Source of the DNA: Octopus sinensis
Lineage: Eukaryota
Length of the DNA: 64,000 nt
Assembly: GCF_006345805.1 (NCBI RefSeq)
Contig: NC_042997.1
Coordinates: forward strand, 178,808,001-178,872,000
Direction: 5' to 3'
Numbering within the stretch: the first letter of the stretch is position 1; each line of letters opens with the position of its first letter. The position numbers were made by a program, and so were the translations under genes. Positions 26,451 through 40,995 of the stretch are shown piece after piece. The notes under the pieces were generated by a model that did not search any database, was not told the DNA's origin, and saw only the letters and a list, made by a program, of their open reading frames with translations.

Positions 26451-27371
26451 TATATATATATTCACATAGATACGTATACCTTCAAAGAAAATCAGACAAA
26501 TATGTCTGTGTGAACGCAACACATGTATATATGGTTGCTTATATGTGCATTCGTATATGTGTATGTGTGTGTGTGAGTGTGTGTGAATGTGTGTCTGTCT
26601 GTTTATATGTCTATGTAGATTATGAAATACAACGAAAATATCTTGTGCATATTCTCATTGGAATTACTATGCAACGTATGTTTCTCAAGTTCATGAAAGA
26701 TTCATTTGAGTGCAGTAGACAATATTGTATATCATTGATTGCTTGTCTGAGTTAGTAATTGACCGAGTGGTTGATTTTCGATGGTTTAAATTTTACAAAA
26801 AACCACAAGTGCCTTCACACGCTCACACCTAATTAGCTGAAGGTTAATTGCAACGGATATACACAGTCTTTATTCGCCGCTGGCATGAGGTGAAGTGGGT
26901 CAACCTGTGTAGTAATTAGTCCTTAACTAATTACATACACACACACACACACACCACACACACACACATATAATATATATATTATATATATATATATAAC
27001 ATATATATATATATGTGTGTGTGTGTGTGTATATATGTATTTACATATATATAATATTATATATATATATATATATATATGGAGAGAGAGAGTGTTGTGT
27101 ATTATATGTATGTGTGTGTGAAGAGTGTATGTCTAAACATACGCTTATATATAACGAGAGAGAGGGAGAGGAGGAGAAGAAGAGAGAGAGGAGAGGCAGG
27201 AAAGGGAGAGGAGAGAGAGAGAGAAGTACGTATGTGCATTTGTATATTTTTAAATATACATGTGCATATGTGTGAATATATTTGCATACACATTACCACA
27301 TGTAGACGTGTATATATTTGTACATATATATATATATATATATATGCATACACGTCTGAGTTCCCATGAGA

Positions 27372-28655
27372 GAACTGAATACAGTCATAAAGTGTATTTA
27401 TTTACTGTACTAATAAGATTAATCTATAATACGACTCTGAGGTCACTCTATATTTCTTGTCACGTAACTAATTTCTGATGCACAAAATATTATGTCTATG
27501 AATGTGTGCCAACTTCAAATGAAAAACAAAATATCTAAAGCAGGTTTCGTTCATATCCTATGGAGGTCATCGTTGTTTTTCCATCTTCGAGTGTTCTCAA
27601 AAAATTATCAGAATCAGTCATATATTGGAGACTATTTTAATCGGCAGCAGTGCTGTGCTGTAATTGCTAGGCCTTGCTGTTCCTTGATGGAAGTGTATCA
27701 GTTGCATGGGTAGACTTCTGTACAGTTTTATATAGGCTTTCCATCTGGTTGTATATTATGGCATGGTGAGAAATCTGTGTCACTACACATACTTTATCAA
27801 CACAACCTTTAGCAAGACTTTCCAGGAGCCGATCCAGGTTTCACGAGGAATATAGAAGGTAGAAATCATTAGAAAACTACATTTTATTGTTCCCATCATA
27901 TGCAAAGAAAAGTCGGCATCAGAAGAACTTGACCCTAGAAAATAAAAGAATATATTTAAATAGTGGAAACTATTTTGACAGCCTGTGCACTAATTTTTAC
28001 ATCCTACGTCGTTGATTCATCGGATATTAATTTCAGACATTATCACAAGGCGATAGTATGGTTCTATAAAATCGATATAAGTACTTGACTAGTAATTATT
28101 TTATCAATCTCAAAAAAATCAAAATCCTTTGGTGGGTTTTTCAACTAATAACGTGAAAGAGTGTAAACAAAATGCCGGCAAATATTTCTTTTAGTAATGA
28201 GAACGCCAAAGAATAATCCTTGAAATAACTACAGCAGTCAAACTGTTCTCAAATCGCACGTCATTCTCTTAACACTCATGGTTCGTTTGGTTAATGCAAC
28301 ATTGGATTCATTGTATATAGTACATGTAGGACGAAGTATACATGTTTTATACCGTTGATCATAGAACTGCCTGATTAGTGCGAAACAGAGTACTAAGTAA
28401 CACCGCCACCATTACAAACAAGAACAGCAAAGCCAGTAAGTTTTCTTCAGATCTGTAATAATTATAAAGCAAATCACCTTCAGTTCACACCTGCGTCGAA
28501 CAAGGAAGGGCACACCTTCGGATAATGCGGTTCCAGATACAAAATACTCGGAAAGGAAAATGGACTGATTGTCATGAACTGAATACAGTCATAAAGTGTA
28601 ATTATTTACTGTACTAATAAGATTAATCTATAATACGACTCTGAGGTCACTCTAT
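27372..28655 (+). repeat. 80-bp near-identical direct repeat (27372-27451 and 28576-28655)
   Basis: gaactgaatacagtc...gaggtcactctat occurs twice with one mismatch seen. Confidence 0.9.
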
Positions 28656-28822
28656 GCTTGGATTAAAAGTATTCTCAGTTGATCAGAGTTGAACTGAGGT
28701 TAAACAACGGTAATAACTTGAAACAAAATAACTACAGCAGTAACCCAATCCAAGAGTGAGAATTATTTCTCATTTTGACGAATTTTATAAGATCAGAGCT
28801 TTGAGTCTCTTATGAGACTCAC

Positions 28823-29039
28823 CTTAACACACGCAAGAAGTTGTGAAGAAAAGGGAGATAAAAAATTGGAAATATGAACCTGACAAAACCAAACAGTAAA
28901 AATGATAAACAAAATGAGCAACATGGAGCCGTCTTCAAATAGTAACATAGTTAAACATAATAACAAGATTAAGGCGTTAGAGTGATTATTCTTATCTAAT
29001 ATGACGTTGTTAGTAAGTGCATATTTCTGTAAAGTTTTC
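28823..29039 (-). CDS. Candidate exon with hydrophobic stretch (...MLLILFIIFTVWFCQVHISNFLSPFSSQLLACVK)
   Basis: Long polypyrimidine acceptor ...ttttattttgttgtctccag|, donor TTAAG|GTGAGT, one frame open across 217 nt. Confidence 0.4.
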
Positions 29040-30066
29040 CTGGAGACAACAAAATAAAATACAAAGCAAAAGGAAAGTAATGGAGTTCCCAGTAGAATAC
29101 AAATTATGGAGGCCAACATAAAGACACGATATACGTGGTACATTATTTGAAAATTTTAGTAGCCATGTTCTGGCTAAAGGCAATTTGAACACGTTATACG
29201 CGAGCTTATGAAATGCAATTAACAAGAAGTCATCGAAAATGCGTTACGGTATACACACAGCACTTCTCATATATGTACACACACACACACATATACATGT
29301 ATTATTATTTTTTTATCATTCATTTACTCTCTACACCACTGTTATTTCATATCGTCTTTCTAATTTCCCCCATCTCTCTTTCCTCTCTCTGTATTGCAGA
29401 GCGCTTTATCTTTCGTTTTTTTACTAACATCTCACCTTTTACTTATGTTCTCCTCCCTTTTTCACCATCCTCCTCCTCTTATTTAACTGTTTACTTACAT
29501 AAACTCTTTCTCTCAGCGTGTCAATCTTTTCTATCAATTTATCTGCGTATTTAACCAACCGCTTTTGAGAGCATTTTTTTTCAGTCTTTCTTTCGTTCTT
29601 AGCCTCCTAATGCAGCTATTGCACTCTCTTTCCAATGTTGTTATATACATGCATACGTACACAAACACACACATGCACAGAGACACATACACACAAGCAC
29701 ACGTATAGTGAAGGAGATAGATGAGGATATCGATACACACACACACACACATATAGGCAGAGGAATGAAAAAAAAGCGACAGGATTGATTTCTGCCCTAC
29801 CACTGCTGTGCATTGCACTTTTTTGACGATAAAGAATAGCTTATATCCATAACGAAATTCATACAAGAAATGGTGACGTTAAAACATGACTGGTGGTAGA
29901 CGGATGCGTTATAGATGAAGGTACATAACCCCCCCCCCCCCAAAAAAAACCCCAGAGAAGTTAGGGATCAGTGGTAGTAGCGGCGAAGGGCAACCTATTT
30001 CACATTGCAGAAGACACTCAAACAGTAACCTACATATTTCTTGTAATACACTCTTGTACACATACG

Positions 30067-30097
<31 letters not shown>

Positions 30098-30130
30098 AAC
30101 AGAATAAAACAATATACACACACACACACA

Positions 30131-30180
<50 letters not shown>

Positions 30181-30183
<3 letters not shown>

Positions 30184-30395
30184 AGATTTTACGGAAAAAA
30201 AAACAAAAGACGAAGACAGGCGATGTACAAAACAAACAGATGTATTAGTATAACGCTCAGGAATAGAAAAAGTCTTTTACGTTTCGAGCCTACGCTCTTC
30301 TACAGAAAGGGACACAGAAAACAAGGAGAGAAACAAGGAGAGAGAAAAAATGTGTGTGTAGTGGCTAACGATTTATCATGGCGTCACGTACTAGG
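30181..30395 (-). mobile_element. Family B short element with hammerhead-like motif (30274-30309), adjoining (TA)n
   Basis: CUUU-CUGUAGA-A-GAGC GUAG GCUC-GAAAC GUA|AAAG; copies at 42912-43092 and 52476-52657. Confidence 0.75.
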
Positions 30396-31278
30396 TACAT
30401 TACGTTTTGCTCCATTTTCTCTCCTTATTATCTGATTTTATATTTGTTTACGGAGGTGCTTGTGTAGTATTATACATATATAACTTTTTCTTGCCCATTC
30501 CTTCCTTCTTTCTCTTTCTATGCTGTTGTACCAGTGTATATCAATCAGTGTCATTCCGTGTCTACCCAAATCTCATTCTGCTTAACATAGTGCAAACAAT
30601 TTTCTTTTTATTTATAGTTCTTTGTTACCTAGCAACTCTATGAACATTCAGCCAAGTCTGACACCTACGCTTGTCTCATCATTCCCAATACGAACTTCTA
30701 AACACCTAGTGTTTCACTTCTCCTAATTCTCATTGATTTTAAGCTACTTTCATGAAAAATATAAAATGTCTCAGTTATTTTATATTTTACATATATTTAA
30801 ATTATTTTCAGAATTATTTTAACAAGTTTTGTCCATATTCTTATAAAGCTAGAATATTTTCGACTTCTTAATATTTTTTTCTCTTCGTCAAATTTTGCTT
30901 GCTTTGGCATTTCTGTACATGTCTTTGCCACTATGGCAACCAATAAACAACACACACACACATACACCACACACAAACACACACACACACGCACACACAC
31001 ACATTTGAACATTCTCACAGGAAAAGAGACTCGAAAGTAAATACTTGCTATTCATTACAATAAATATAATATACATATAATTCATAATTTTTCCGAAAGA
31101 TATATGAATACATTTCAGAATATATCTTAATATTTGTAGCCAGTATTTGTTTTCGAGTGTCCTTCCATGTTAACAAACTTTATGTTAAATTGTCGCTCTA
31201 AGCATGAATTTATTAGGTTGTTTATCGAGCACTCTACTGCCAAAGCGTTTTACATATTATACTTCATTTTGCTTGCTT

Positions 31279-31314
<36 letters not shown>

Positions 31315-32050
31315 GAGAGAGAGAGAGAGAGAGAGGGGGGAGAGAGAGGGAGCAGGATGAGTGACCACACACATATTATATATCTATGTATATCTATGTA
31401 TATATATATATATATATACACACATGTACACAAAAAAAAACAACACAGAAATATTGTTAAGTATGCATATTATATATTATAGAGTTAAGGTTTTTGCAAA
31501 AGTTCTCTGCTTTCGCTAAAATTATATAGTGGTTCTCTGGAACCCAATATTTGCTCTGTAGTTATATTTAATTTGTATTGAGTCCAATTAGCAATTCTGG
31601 TGTTCTTGAATTCAAGCATTTTCCCATATAAACGTATATTCATAAACATGTGTATATATGTATATATATCTCATACACGCACGGAGGCAGACACCTTCAA
31701 GTAACAACATTGGAATAAGCACGCACTATATTACATCCTGTACAAAATGAAAAGTATATTACTTTACGTTGCAATTCAATTTTTTTTAAATGTACTCTTA
31801 CGGGAAAATTTCTTATTGAATCTAAATATTTGGTAACTTTTATATCATATAAAAGTTCGAAGCCATACGTGAGGGGTAAACGAGGTCGATTCTACATTTA
31901 ATTTAATTTCTTTTTCTTTTGGTTTAGTTCAAATAACAGCAAAGTGGTTCTATCTTTTTATGATGTCGGTATACATCTGTGAATTGTTCGATTTAGTCTA
32001 ATTTTAAACAAAGAAGGTAAGACTTAAATACACACGCTCACACACACACA

Positions 32051-32098
<48 letters not shown>

Positions 32099-32229
32099 TG
32101 CATATATATGTGTGTGTGTGCGTGTATTACATGTATGTATATCATTCCAAGCCCTGCACTACCGACGCATGAAGCTCAATGAAAAGCAGACTGGATGCAC
32201 TGGCCCTGGAGGGAATGCGATCTCTGATC

Positions 32230-32600
32230 CAAATTCATGTCACGGAATCGATGGTGACTCGTCGGTTCTCCAGAATTACCTCTCAAGCTTGTTGAAACTT
32301 GGAAGTTGATGGGCAACCTAATTCCTCTTCCTGTTTCACGCTTGACTGGCCGCTTTTAAACCTCTCAGTCCACTCATACATATTTTATGCAGTAGAGTGT
32401 GTCCCCGCATTGTTCTGAAAGCTTGCGATGAATTACATACCCTGACACACTTTCAGACCAAAGAAATCGGTTCACTGATCTCTGTTCTTTGGTACATACA
32501 TCCAGCGGTGCAGCCATGCTTACTCTGTAACACAAAAGAAATAAAATCTGTAGCAACCAAAGTCCAAATTCGATTTCGTAACCAAAAATGAGTCACCTTT
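32230..32600 (-). pseudogene. Tc1/mariner transposase remnant, N-terminal part
   Basis: MAAPLDVCTKEQRSVNRFLWSE (ATG at 32517), then frameshifted EWTERFKSGQSSV and VILENRRVTID. Confidence 0.8.
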
Positions 32601-34107
32601 TAGCACGCGAGCGTTGAAGGCATACAACCAGTCTAAAGAAAGTATTAGCCAAAGTACAGATAATTTTTGACTCCTTCTTGTATATATTGAACATTTTAAA
32701 ATGCTCCAAATGATATTTGATTATAATGATTTGTAAATTCCGGATATGGACACGCATGTTGAAAGCCGTGTATAAATCTTCTTAACACACATGTAGATTT
32801 TACTCCATAATATAGAAGATTTAAAACAAAGTCAACCCCATCACAAAATGTATACTGTTCCAAAAAAGTTTAGAGGAGCCCATGCACTTTTATACTAGTT
32901 TCATTTTCCCCTCTGACATATTTTTATCCAGTGACAATGAAAGGCAAAGTTGAATTAATATTGTAACGTAAAAATACACATAACTAAATTGCATGGAATG
33001 TTTTGTCAGCCGATCAATCAATTCGGCCTTCTGTCGACTTAATGTTAATAATGCTTTATAACATATTCATAAGGCCACCGAATTTGTATAGAAAGAGACA
33101 GTCCAACAAATCCACATTAATACTTAACTGATGCACAAGTAGGATGAAAATCAAAATTGACCTCGGCGAAATCTGATCACAGAATTAGAAATACAGCTCG
33201 CTACACCCAGTTCAATTTATCCATCACTCTAGCGGTTTCGCTAGAGACCGATGAAACACCTTTGAGATCTAAACATGTTTTATAAGCAAAACAAAAACAT
33301 CAGAAATCAGAAAGTTAACAAAATCGGGTGACTAAATATTTATAGCATCGAAGTTGTGATATACATGAAGTAATTCCACTGCATAGATATAAATCCTGCT
33401 ATAGGCTTAGTCTTTTACGCGCTTCATAATAAAATTGAATATTTCATCGGTCTTGAAGCATTAGTGTCAGCATTAGTGGACAATTTATAAATTTACAAAA
33501 GTTAATACATTGTAAAGTAATTTTTAAACACTACTTACGTATCAAAGAGAATGAATCGAACAAAAAAATGTGACATTTCAAACTGATTTAAATCTACAGC
33601 CGTGAGTTTAAGTGAGGGCATTCATAGAATTATCATAAAGCATGATTTGGCCATAGTAATGGGAGAAAATGTTGGCTGTTTCACTAAAGTTTTTGTTATA
33701 TTTCATTAAAAAAAAAAGGAGGAAACCGGCGCTCAGCAAAAGAAAAAAAATGAAAAGAAGAAAAAAAAGAGTAGTGGATAAAATGCTATGCAGTGTTTAG
33801 TTATGGTCCTTTACATTCTGATTTCCAATCCTGCTGAGATCAATAACGCATTTCACTTACAAATCGTTTCTATTATGTTAAAATATCGTATGTCCAAATT
33901 TGGCCAAATTCGGTTTTTTTTCTTCCAATATTTGTTTTTTGCTTGCAAGAGCCGATTCTTTGGTCAAACTATCGTATCTCCAGCTGCTTCAAATGCCAAG
34001 ATGCCAAATGTTGTTAAAATGTAGTATAACTTTTTTTTGCTACGGAATGGTGAAACTATGTTTTCATTTTCTAAAAAAGCAAAGTTTCGGACTTACTACA
34101 CTTTTGC

Positions 34108-34169
<62 letters not shown>

Positions 34170-34530
34170 CTTTTACTTGTTTCTGTCATTAAACTTCAGC
34201 TATGTTAGGACACAACCATGACGGATTTTAGTCGAACGAATCGACTCCAGCACCTTTTTAAAGCCTGATACTTATTCTATGGGTTTCTTTTGCTGAACCG
34301 TCAAGTTACTGGGACATAGACACACCAACATCGGTTGTCAAGCGCTGGCATGGAAAAACATAGACACAAAGAAACACACACACACACACACACATTTTTT
34401 CACAACAGGCTTCCAAACGGTTTCCGTGATCAAATTCACTCACGGTGCTTTGGTCGGCCCGAGACTATAGTAGAAGACACTTGCCTAATGTACCATGCAG
34501 TGGGACCGACCCCGGGACCATATGCTGCGT
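34170..34530 (-). mobile_element. Diverged near-full SINE family C
   Basis: Both halves present around an internal (CA)n. Confidence 0.75.
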
Positions 34531-37500
34531 TACAATCTTCTTACGCCTGTGCTATCTCTCTCTCTCTCTCTCTCTCTCTTTATATATATATCCATTTTTC
34601 TATCTATTGATATGTAGAATATATAGGTTTCTGAGATCGTTATGTAGTTCTTAGTAACAACCATTTGACCTTACCTATATAAATAATGGTTTGGGAAAAT
34701 GTCTGAGAATTGCAATTTTTTTTCATATTTACAATACATCGTGTATCTGGTGTACTATGTCTTTGAAAAGATTTCGATTTCCAGTTTAAATCGATTGACT
34801 AGCTAGCAATATTATATATTGACAATCCGAACTCATCCCTATCATCTATGAATATTTGGTTTCGATCTCAAGAAAGAAATGAATTCAATAGCTCTTATCG
34901 GGAACCGAAACTAAGAGGTAATTTCAATTTTTGCTTCACCAAATTCTATTTCACTTGATTTGGACTTATATATAACCATACACGACTAGCCATAGTAACA
35001 AGGATTGCTGTTTGCAAACACACAAGCCTGAAATTTGAAGGAGTGGGTTAGTAGATACCATCGACTCTGCTATTTGGCTAATACTTTATTTTATCAATCT
35101 TGAAAGGATCTAATGGAGGGTTGTACTTGTCAAAGTTTGAACTCAGAAAGTAAAGAGGAGGGAAAAACATCCGCAAGGCATTTTGTCCGATGCTCTAACG
35201 ATTCAGCCGATCAAACACTCTAACACAACAATAATAATACTTTTCTAAATTGAAGTATGAAAGATTTATAATACTAATAATCATTGAATAAATAGTTGTG
35301 AAATACAAATAGTGAAGTGCTTATTTGACGTGACGAGCGCGATAAATTTAAACAGTAGAGATAAAATCTCTGTTTGTGAAGTAACCAATAACGAAACAAA
35401 ATAGTCAGTGAATTTGTTATTTTGAAGAGAAGTTCGAAGAATCTATTAAGAGGTATGTTGATGCTCTGTTAGAATTGTCCTACTGTTAGTTGGGCAGTAC
35501 ATTAAATACATCCTGCATCTGTTGCTATTGTTGTTATTATTGTTCAATTCAGTCCTAATGAGTGCCTCTTCAATCAAAAGTCTTCTTATCATTAAAGCAT
35601 CATCATTTTATTTTCAGATATCGTATGCAGGAGCGGAACCATTTAATTTAATCGAAATCAAAGGTGACAATGTCTTCGAAAACGTTCGTCACTAGGCGAA
35701 TAAAATTTGACGCATACGACTCGTATTGAGCTCATTGTTAGCATATGTTAATTGAACTTTTTTTTAATGAGTCTTTTAATTAAAAACAGACTTCATATAT
35801 CTGAGACTACTGCATTATCTAATTCGTGTTTCTTTCTTAGAGTGGTGAAGTGTGATTTGAAGATTAGGCAGCTAGCTTTAGCCGGATGAGCAGCTGTGTA
35901 GGGAAAGGCTTCTCGTCGGATTGAGCATCTATCTGTTTATCAAGTAAGTAGAGGAGAAGGTTAAGACCAGAGGTTAATTTAGTTGTAGAACATTGAAACA
36001 TCATTCAGGAAACAGACAAGTAGTTTTGATTAGTTTTGATGCTTTACAAAGATTCACACGCGACAGTAGAATAGAATGTTATTTCTTCATAGATAGCTGC
36101 TGTGAACGTTGAAATTCACAGCTAATTCATATGGTCGTTATTGTTGTTTGGCTCCAGGTCATCTTTCATTACTCAGACAAACGATCAAAGGCATTCCAGG
36201 CGTGATCATCCTGTCTTTTCATGCATCCGTTTTTATTTTGCTCTTCCTTTTTTTTAAGATGTAAAGCTATGATTTGAGGGAGAATTGGCATTTATTTAAG
36301 CAACGGCTACATAATGTCTCGTACGATTTCTGTTGCTGTTTTGTTCTATATCAATCAAGAACGCTTATGATCACAGACATTCAAATCATGGTTTATTTTG
36401 TTTTCGTAGTAATGTACCCTTGGTTAAACTATCCAATGCAGTGGTTTCTTTAATCGAGAAGGATGTAGTTTTGAGGACAATTTAGCAACTACTTATTGTA
36501 GTTTGAACGTCTACTTTTACAAAAATTTCACTTTGGTTCTCAGTTCATGTGGTATGAGGGAATGGATACGAACAGCTCGCTGGCGCAAAATATGTTAACG
36601 TTTCCCTGTATTGCACAGAAGTACATTTTATACAATATTATCCCACTGTATCCAGCTATCGATAATAGATAAAGGATTATTCAGGAATATTATCTGCAGT
36701 CGAACATAATACTTTTCATGGGAGAATTTTATCTCTAATCTGCTTCTCACCGTTAACAGATCTAAAGAAAGCACGGTCCATTAAAAGCTTCTGTGGGCTT
36801 CGGAAGCATTAAAATTACAATTATATTTTTATTATTGTTGTTATTGATATTATTGTCGTTGCTATTGTTGTCAATTTTTATTTGCTTACACCCTGGTTAG
36901 TCCCAATAAGTTAAAACCGCATGGTGTGGTTTGAAAGTAATATGGTTCTTATTTCTGGTAAGTCTACTCACCTAGTGGAGTTATCCTCTGTGATTTGTTT
37001 ATTTGTTTTTGGTTGCTACTACAAGTATACGAGCCCATTTTTTGAACTGATAATATAATTCGTATAGGATGCTCAACTCCTAAGTATAAGTTCAAATGTA
37101 CAAGCAAATGTTCCTTAGGACAGCAAATTTAATTCTAAACGTTTCAGTTAAGTTAAATGTCAGGATTAGACAGCAGCTAATTTATCTTAAGGTCTATCAA
37201 CATTACATTCACTTTTATAGGAATATTTAATCGACCACATCCATACTTTATATTCTATCGACTCTGGAATTCTGAAAGTCAAAGTTGATCTCGGAGAGAT
37301 TTGAATTAATAATTCCACCGCAGTTGACATTTGACAATGGAACGTGCAACAGGTTGACGTCCTATTCATGAAGACGTAGAATTCTCGTTCGCATAACATT
37401 GTAAAAATTGAGATATGCAGTGACTTTACATAATTTATTCCAACACGTACGAGTGCGATTTTAGGTTGTCATTACATGTCCGAATGCTATTTGCAAACCA

Positions 37501-38174
37501 ATGAAGGAGACGTCATGTAATCACACGCGATACTGAAACTAGCACCGAAATCTTCCACAAATTTTACAATGTCTTAAAAGAGTAGATGAACACACTGTCA
37601 AAAGTAGTCCTATATACACTATGTTTGAAAATATGACAAAGTGGTCAAGACTGAAACACTTTTGGTCATTTGTCTGATTGTTAAAGCCTGACATGTCGTT
37701 AACAACAATCACACCAATAATGAGACGTTTGTATGAAAAGAATACATTTCTTAAAAAACGTAATGTATATGCAAACGTGTTTTTATAGTAATTATTAAAA
37801 TTAAAATATATCATTGAAAAATTTACATGAAAATGTTTCATTTAATGACGCGTGTGCCGATTTTCTGTAATAAAAGAATTCAACTAATGAGATAAGAAGA
37901 ATAATTCAAGCTAACGATATCAAGGGAAAGTCTTTTAACTGCGATGATTGTAATGAAACGATTGTTTTTTCTCTTTTAAATTGTATCTCTGCTTCAGAAA
38001 ACATTTCAATTCCATTAAAATTTCAATTAAAAGGGTAATAACCCTGGACTACAGATATAAAAAAAAAATTTTTATCAGTTTCAAACTTTCAATGTGATTC
38101 GAAGTAGAAAAGTTATATTTCAGAAGATATCTGTTCATGATTCATGCATATATAAATACACATATATACTAATA

Positions 38175-38561
38175 CTAGCAGTATCGCCCGGTGTTGCTCG
38201 GGTTTGTTTCGACCCTTTAGAATTGGGATTTTTGAAAAGCAAAAATTTTACATTATGTAGCTTGCTATTTTCTTTAAGTGAACATTTCTCTGGTCGAAAT
38301 AAACCGAAAAATGGAAACACAGCAGTCAAAAAATTGTAAAAAATGGTATTTTTCTTAGAAAAAAAGCAGCTTTTTGATATAAATAATTTTTGGTCTTAAC
38401 ATGGTCCAATTTGAATATTATCTGCTACGGAATGAAGAGCAAGCCTTCTTCTATCATACTCTCAATTTTGGTCAACTTGCGCCGCAGGGTCTCGGAGGAG
38501 ATAGTGTTAGTTGAAGGCTATCAACCTGCCACACAGACAAATTCAGCTTTATATATAGAGA
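38175..38561 (-). mobile_element. Non-autonomous Helitron, second copy
   Basis: Same termini as 25317-25699 (TC...CCCGAGCAACACCGGG...CTAG, A|T target) but a largely different interior. Confidence 0.85.
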
Positions 38562-39063
38562 TATTTATAAATATGTAATATAATAGTACCAGTCAAAGAT
38601 GACTTGAATGCTCCTCCATTTTATGAAGGACTAGTTAACAAGCTAAGAATAGCAAGACAGACCTCGGCCAAATTTGAACTCATAGAGTAGAAATTTATAA
38701 CTAAATACTGCCAAGCACTTTTATATTACGTTCTTACAACTGTGTCAATGTACTCAGTATGTACCAGATAAAGTACTGCGGAAGATATCTATCAAAATCC
38801 TTAAAGCATGGCACCTTAACATAGTGAAACACCAGCAGGTTATAAAAGCTTATGTAGATAGACACGTTGTTAATGTATGTATCTGAATGCTTGTCTAATG
38901 GGTCTATATATCAGTGTCTATTCATCTGCAACAAACGCCAAGTGCTACGTATTTTTCACAAGTGACGACAACCCAAGCATGAATAACTTTCCCTCTACAT
39001 CTCTCTATTATATAAGCCCGCGTGCTAATTTCTATATTTCATGATTAAATATTTATTCAAATC

Positions 39064-39099
<36 letters not shown>

Positions 39100-40254
39100 A
39101 GCCCCTCGTACAACTCTCTGTCGCGTGCTGTCTCTTCTCACTGTTCTTTTTGTAACAGTGTTCCTCTTTTTATAGTTGCCTGGATCTGGAGTGATAGTGA
39201 TCAATATTGTGGCAGAAACATTCTAAAAGAAAGCATTTACAGAAATAGAAAAATGTATATACATATCTACACATACGACCGCACACGCTCATGCGCGCAC
39301 ACACACACATACACTCACATACACATACATACATACATATACATACACACTCACAAGAACATATGTATACACGTACTTCTTTCTCTCTTTTAGTATGATC
39401 TACTGTTACAGAGAGGTGGGATTTGGGGTTTCCATACTGTACTGTTCTCACTTATAAAATTCACTCAGTAGACATTATAGAGTCGGTGCTATTGTAGAAG
39501 ACACCTACCCAAAGTAACACGTATTGGGAATGAGCCTGAAACCATGTGGTTGCAAAGAGACCGTAATTACACTGCCTTGTCTCTGTCTGTTCCGAATAGC
39601 ATATAAATATGTATTTATATTTTACATACAACATACATGAAGAGATAGACTTTTCGTGAGCTGGTAACTACAAATCGTAACGATATCGGAATCTTCCAAG
39701 ACCAGCTTCCCCCTAAGCGGTGTCGAACAATATTATTATCACTAGGGTATGATGGGTTCTTTTTAGTACAATGCATTCTTATTCACTCACAAACGCACAT
39801 GCATACACACACGTATATTTGTATGAATGCGTGTATGTGCATGTGTGTCTGTGTATGTGTATATTTGTGTATGCACGCATGTGAATGTGTATGTTCTAAC
39901 GAACGAGAGAACAGTACTCAGCTTTTATCGCAAGACTAATGAATTCACCTGATAAAATCTGCATCGTTGCGTTGCACTTCTATGTCCTCAAACGATTCGT
40001 TAAAACGATTATTAAAATTAACAATATTATGGCAAAATTCAAGATGGCGCAGAAACGGAACCACCTTTTGCAGGGACCAAACGCATGAATATCGCATAAA
40101 TTAAGTTATGGTATTCCTCTCCCTTTCTCCTATCTTCTCTCGGAATCTACAATGTAGTGCAGTGACAAAACATAACAGACAACTCTCGTTGATTATTTAT
40201 TGGAAGATTATCTCTTCCACTCTATCGCAGAGGGAGACTGTGGTGACTGAGGGG

Positions 40255-40328
<74 letters not shown>

Positions 40329-40329
40329 C

Positions 40330-40380
<51 letters not shown>

Positions 40381-40399
40381 CTCTATCTATCTATATCTA

Positions 40400-40467
<68 letters not shown>

Positions 40468-40655
40468 TATAACAACAAAGGTTATATTTTCGGTATGTGG
40501 TCAAGCAATTTGTTGCAAAACCCTTATTGTTATAATTACATATAAAAAACTTTTCGTATAAGTTTTTACCGAATATGGTCCTTTTCCATACCGAAAAACT
40601 ACTAGGTGAAATTTGTAGATTTTATTAATTAATTATCTTTCACCCTATATCCGTA

Positions 40656-40725
<70 letters not shown>

Positions 40726-40739
40726 GAATAATGTTAATG

Positions 40740-40995
40740 TGGGTGGCTTATTCGCAGTTTTAGTCCCTAAAGGCAGAAATATAGACATCGCTAAAGTGAT
40801 TAAGGGCACCAATCAGCACCAGTAGTGCTAGACATGAGAATCAAAGCAACTCAATTGCCACAAAAAGTACTATCTTAATGACTAATACGGAAGGCAAGCT
40901 CCCTGTAGTAGTAGGCATAGCCAGATCATCGATGACTCCGCATTCTTTTAAAGTTCATCAATGGCTCTCACTGCGCCTCCCTTGTCAGTCAATAA
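40740..40995 (-). mobile_element. Family G repeat with decayed hammerhead (40919-40966)
   Basis: AGCCA-UUGAUGA...GGAG UCAUCGAUGA UC|UGGCU; flanks align by eye with 53110-53430. Confidence 0.55.
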
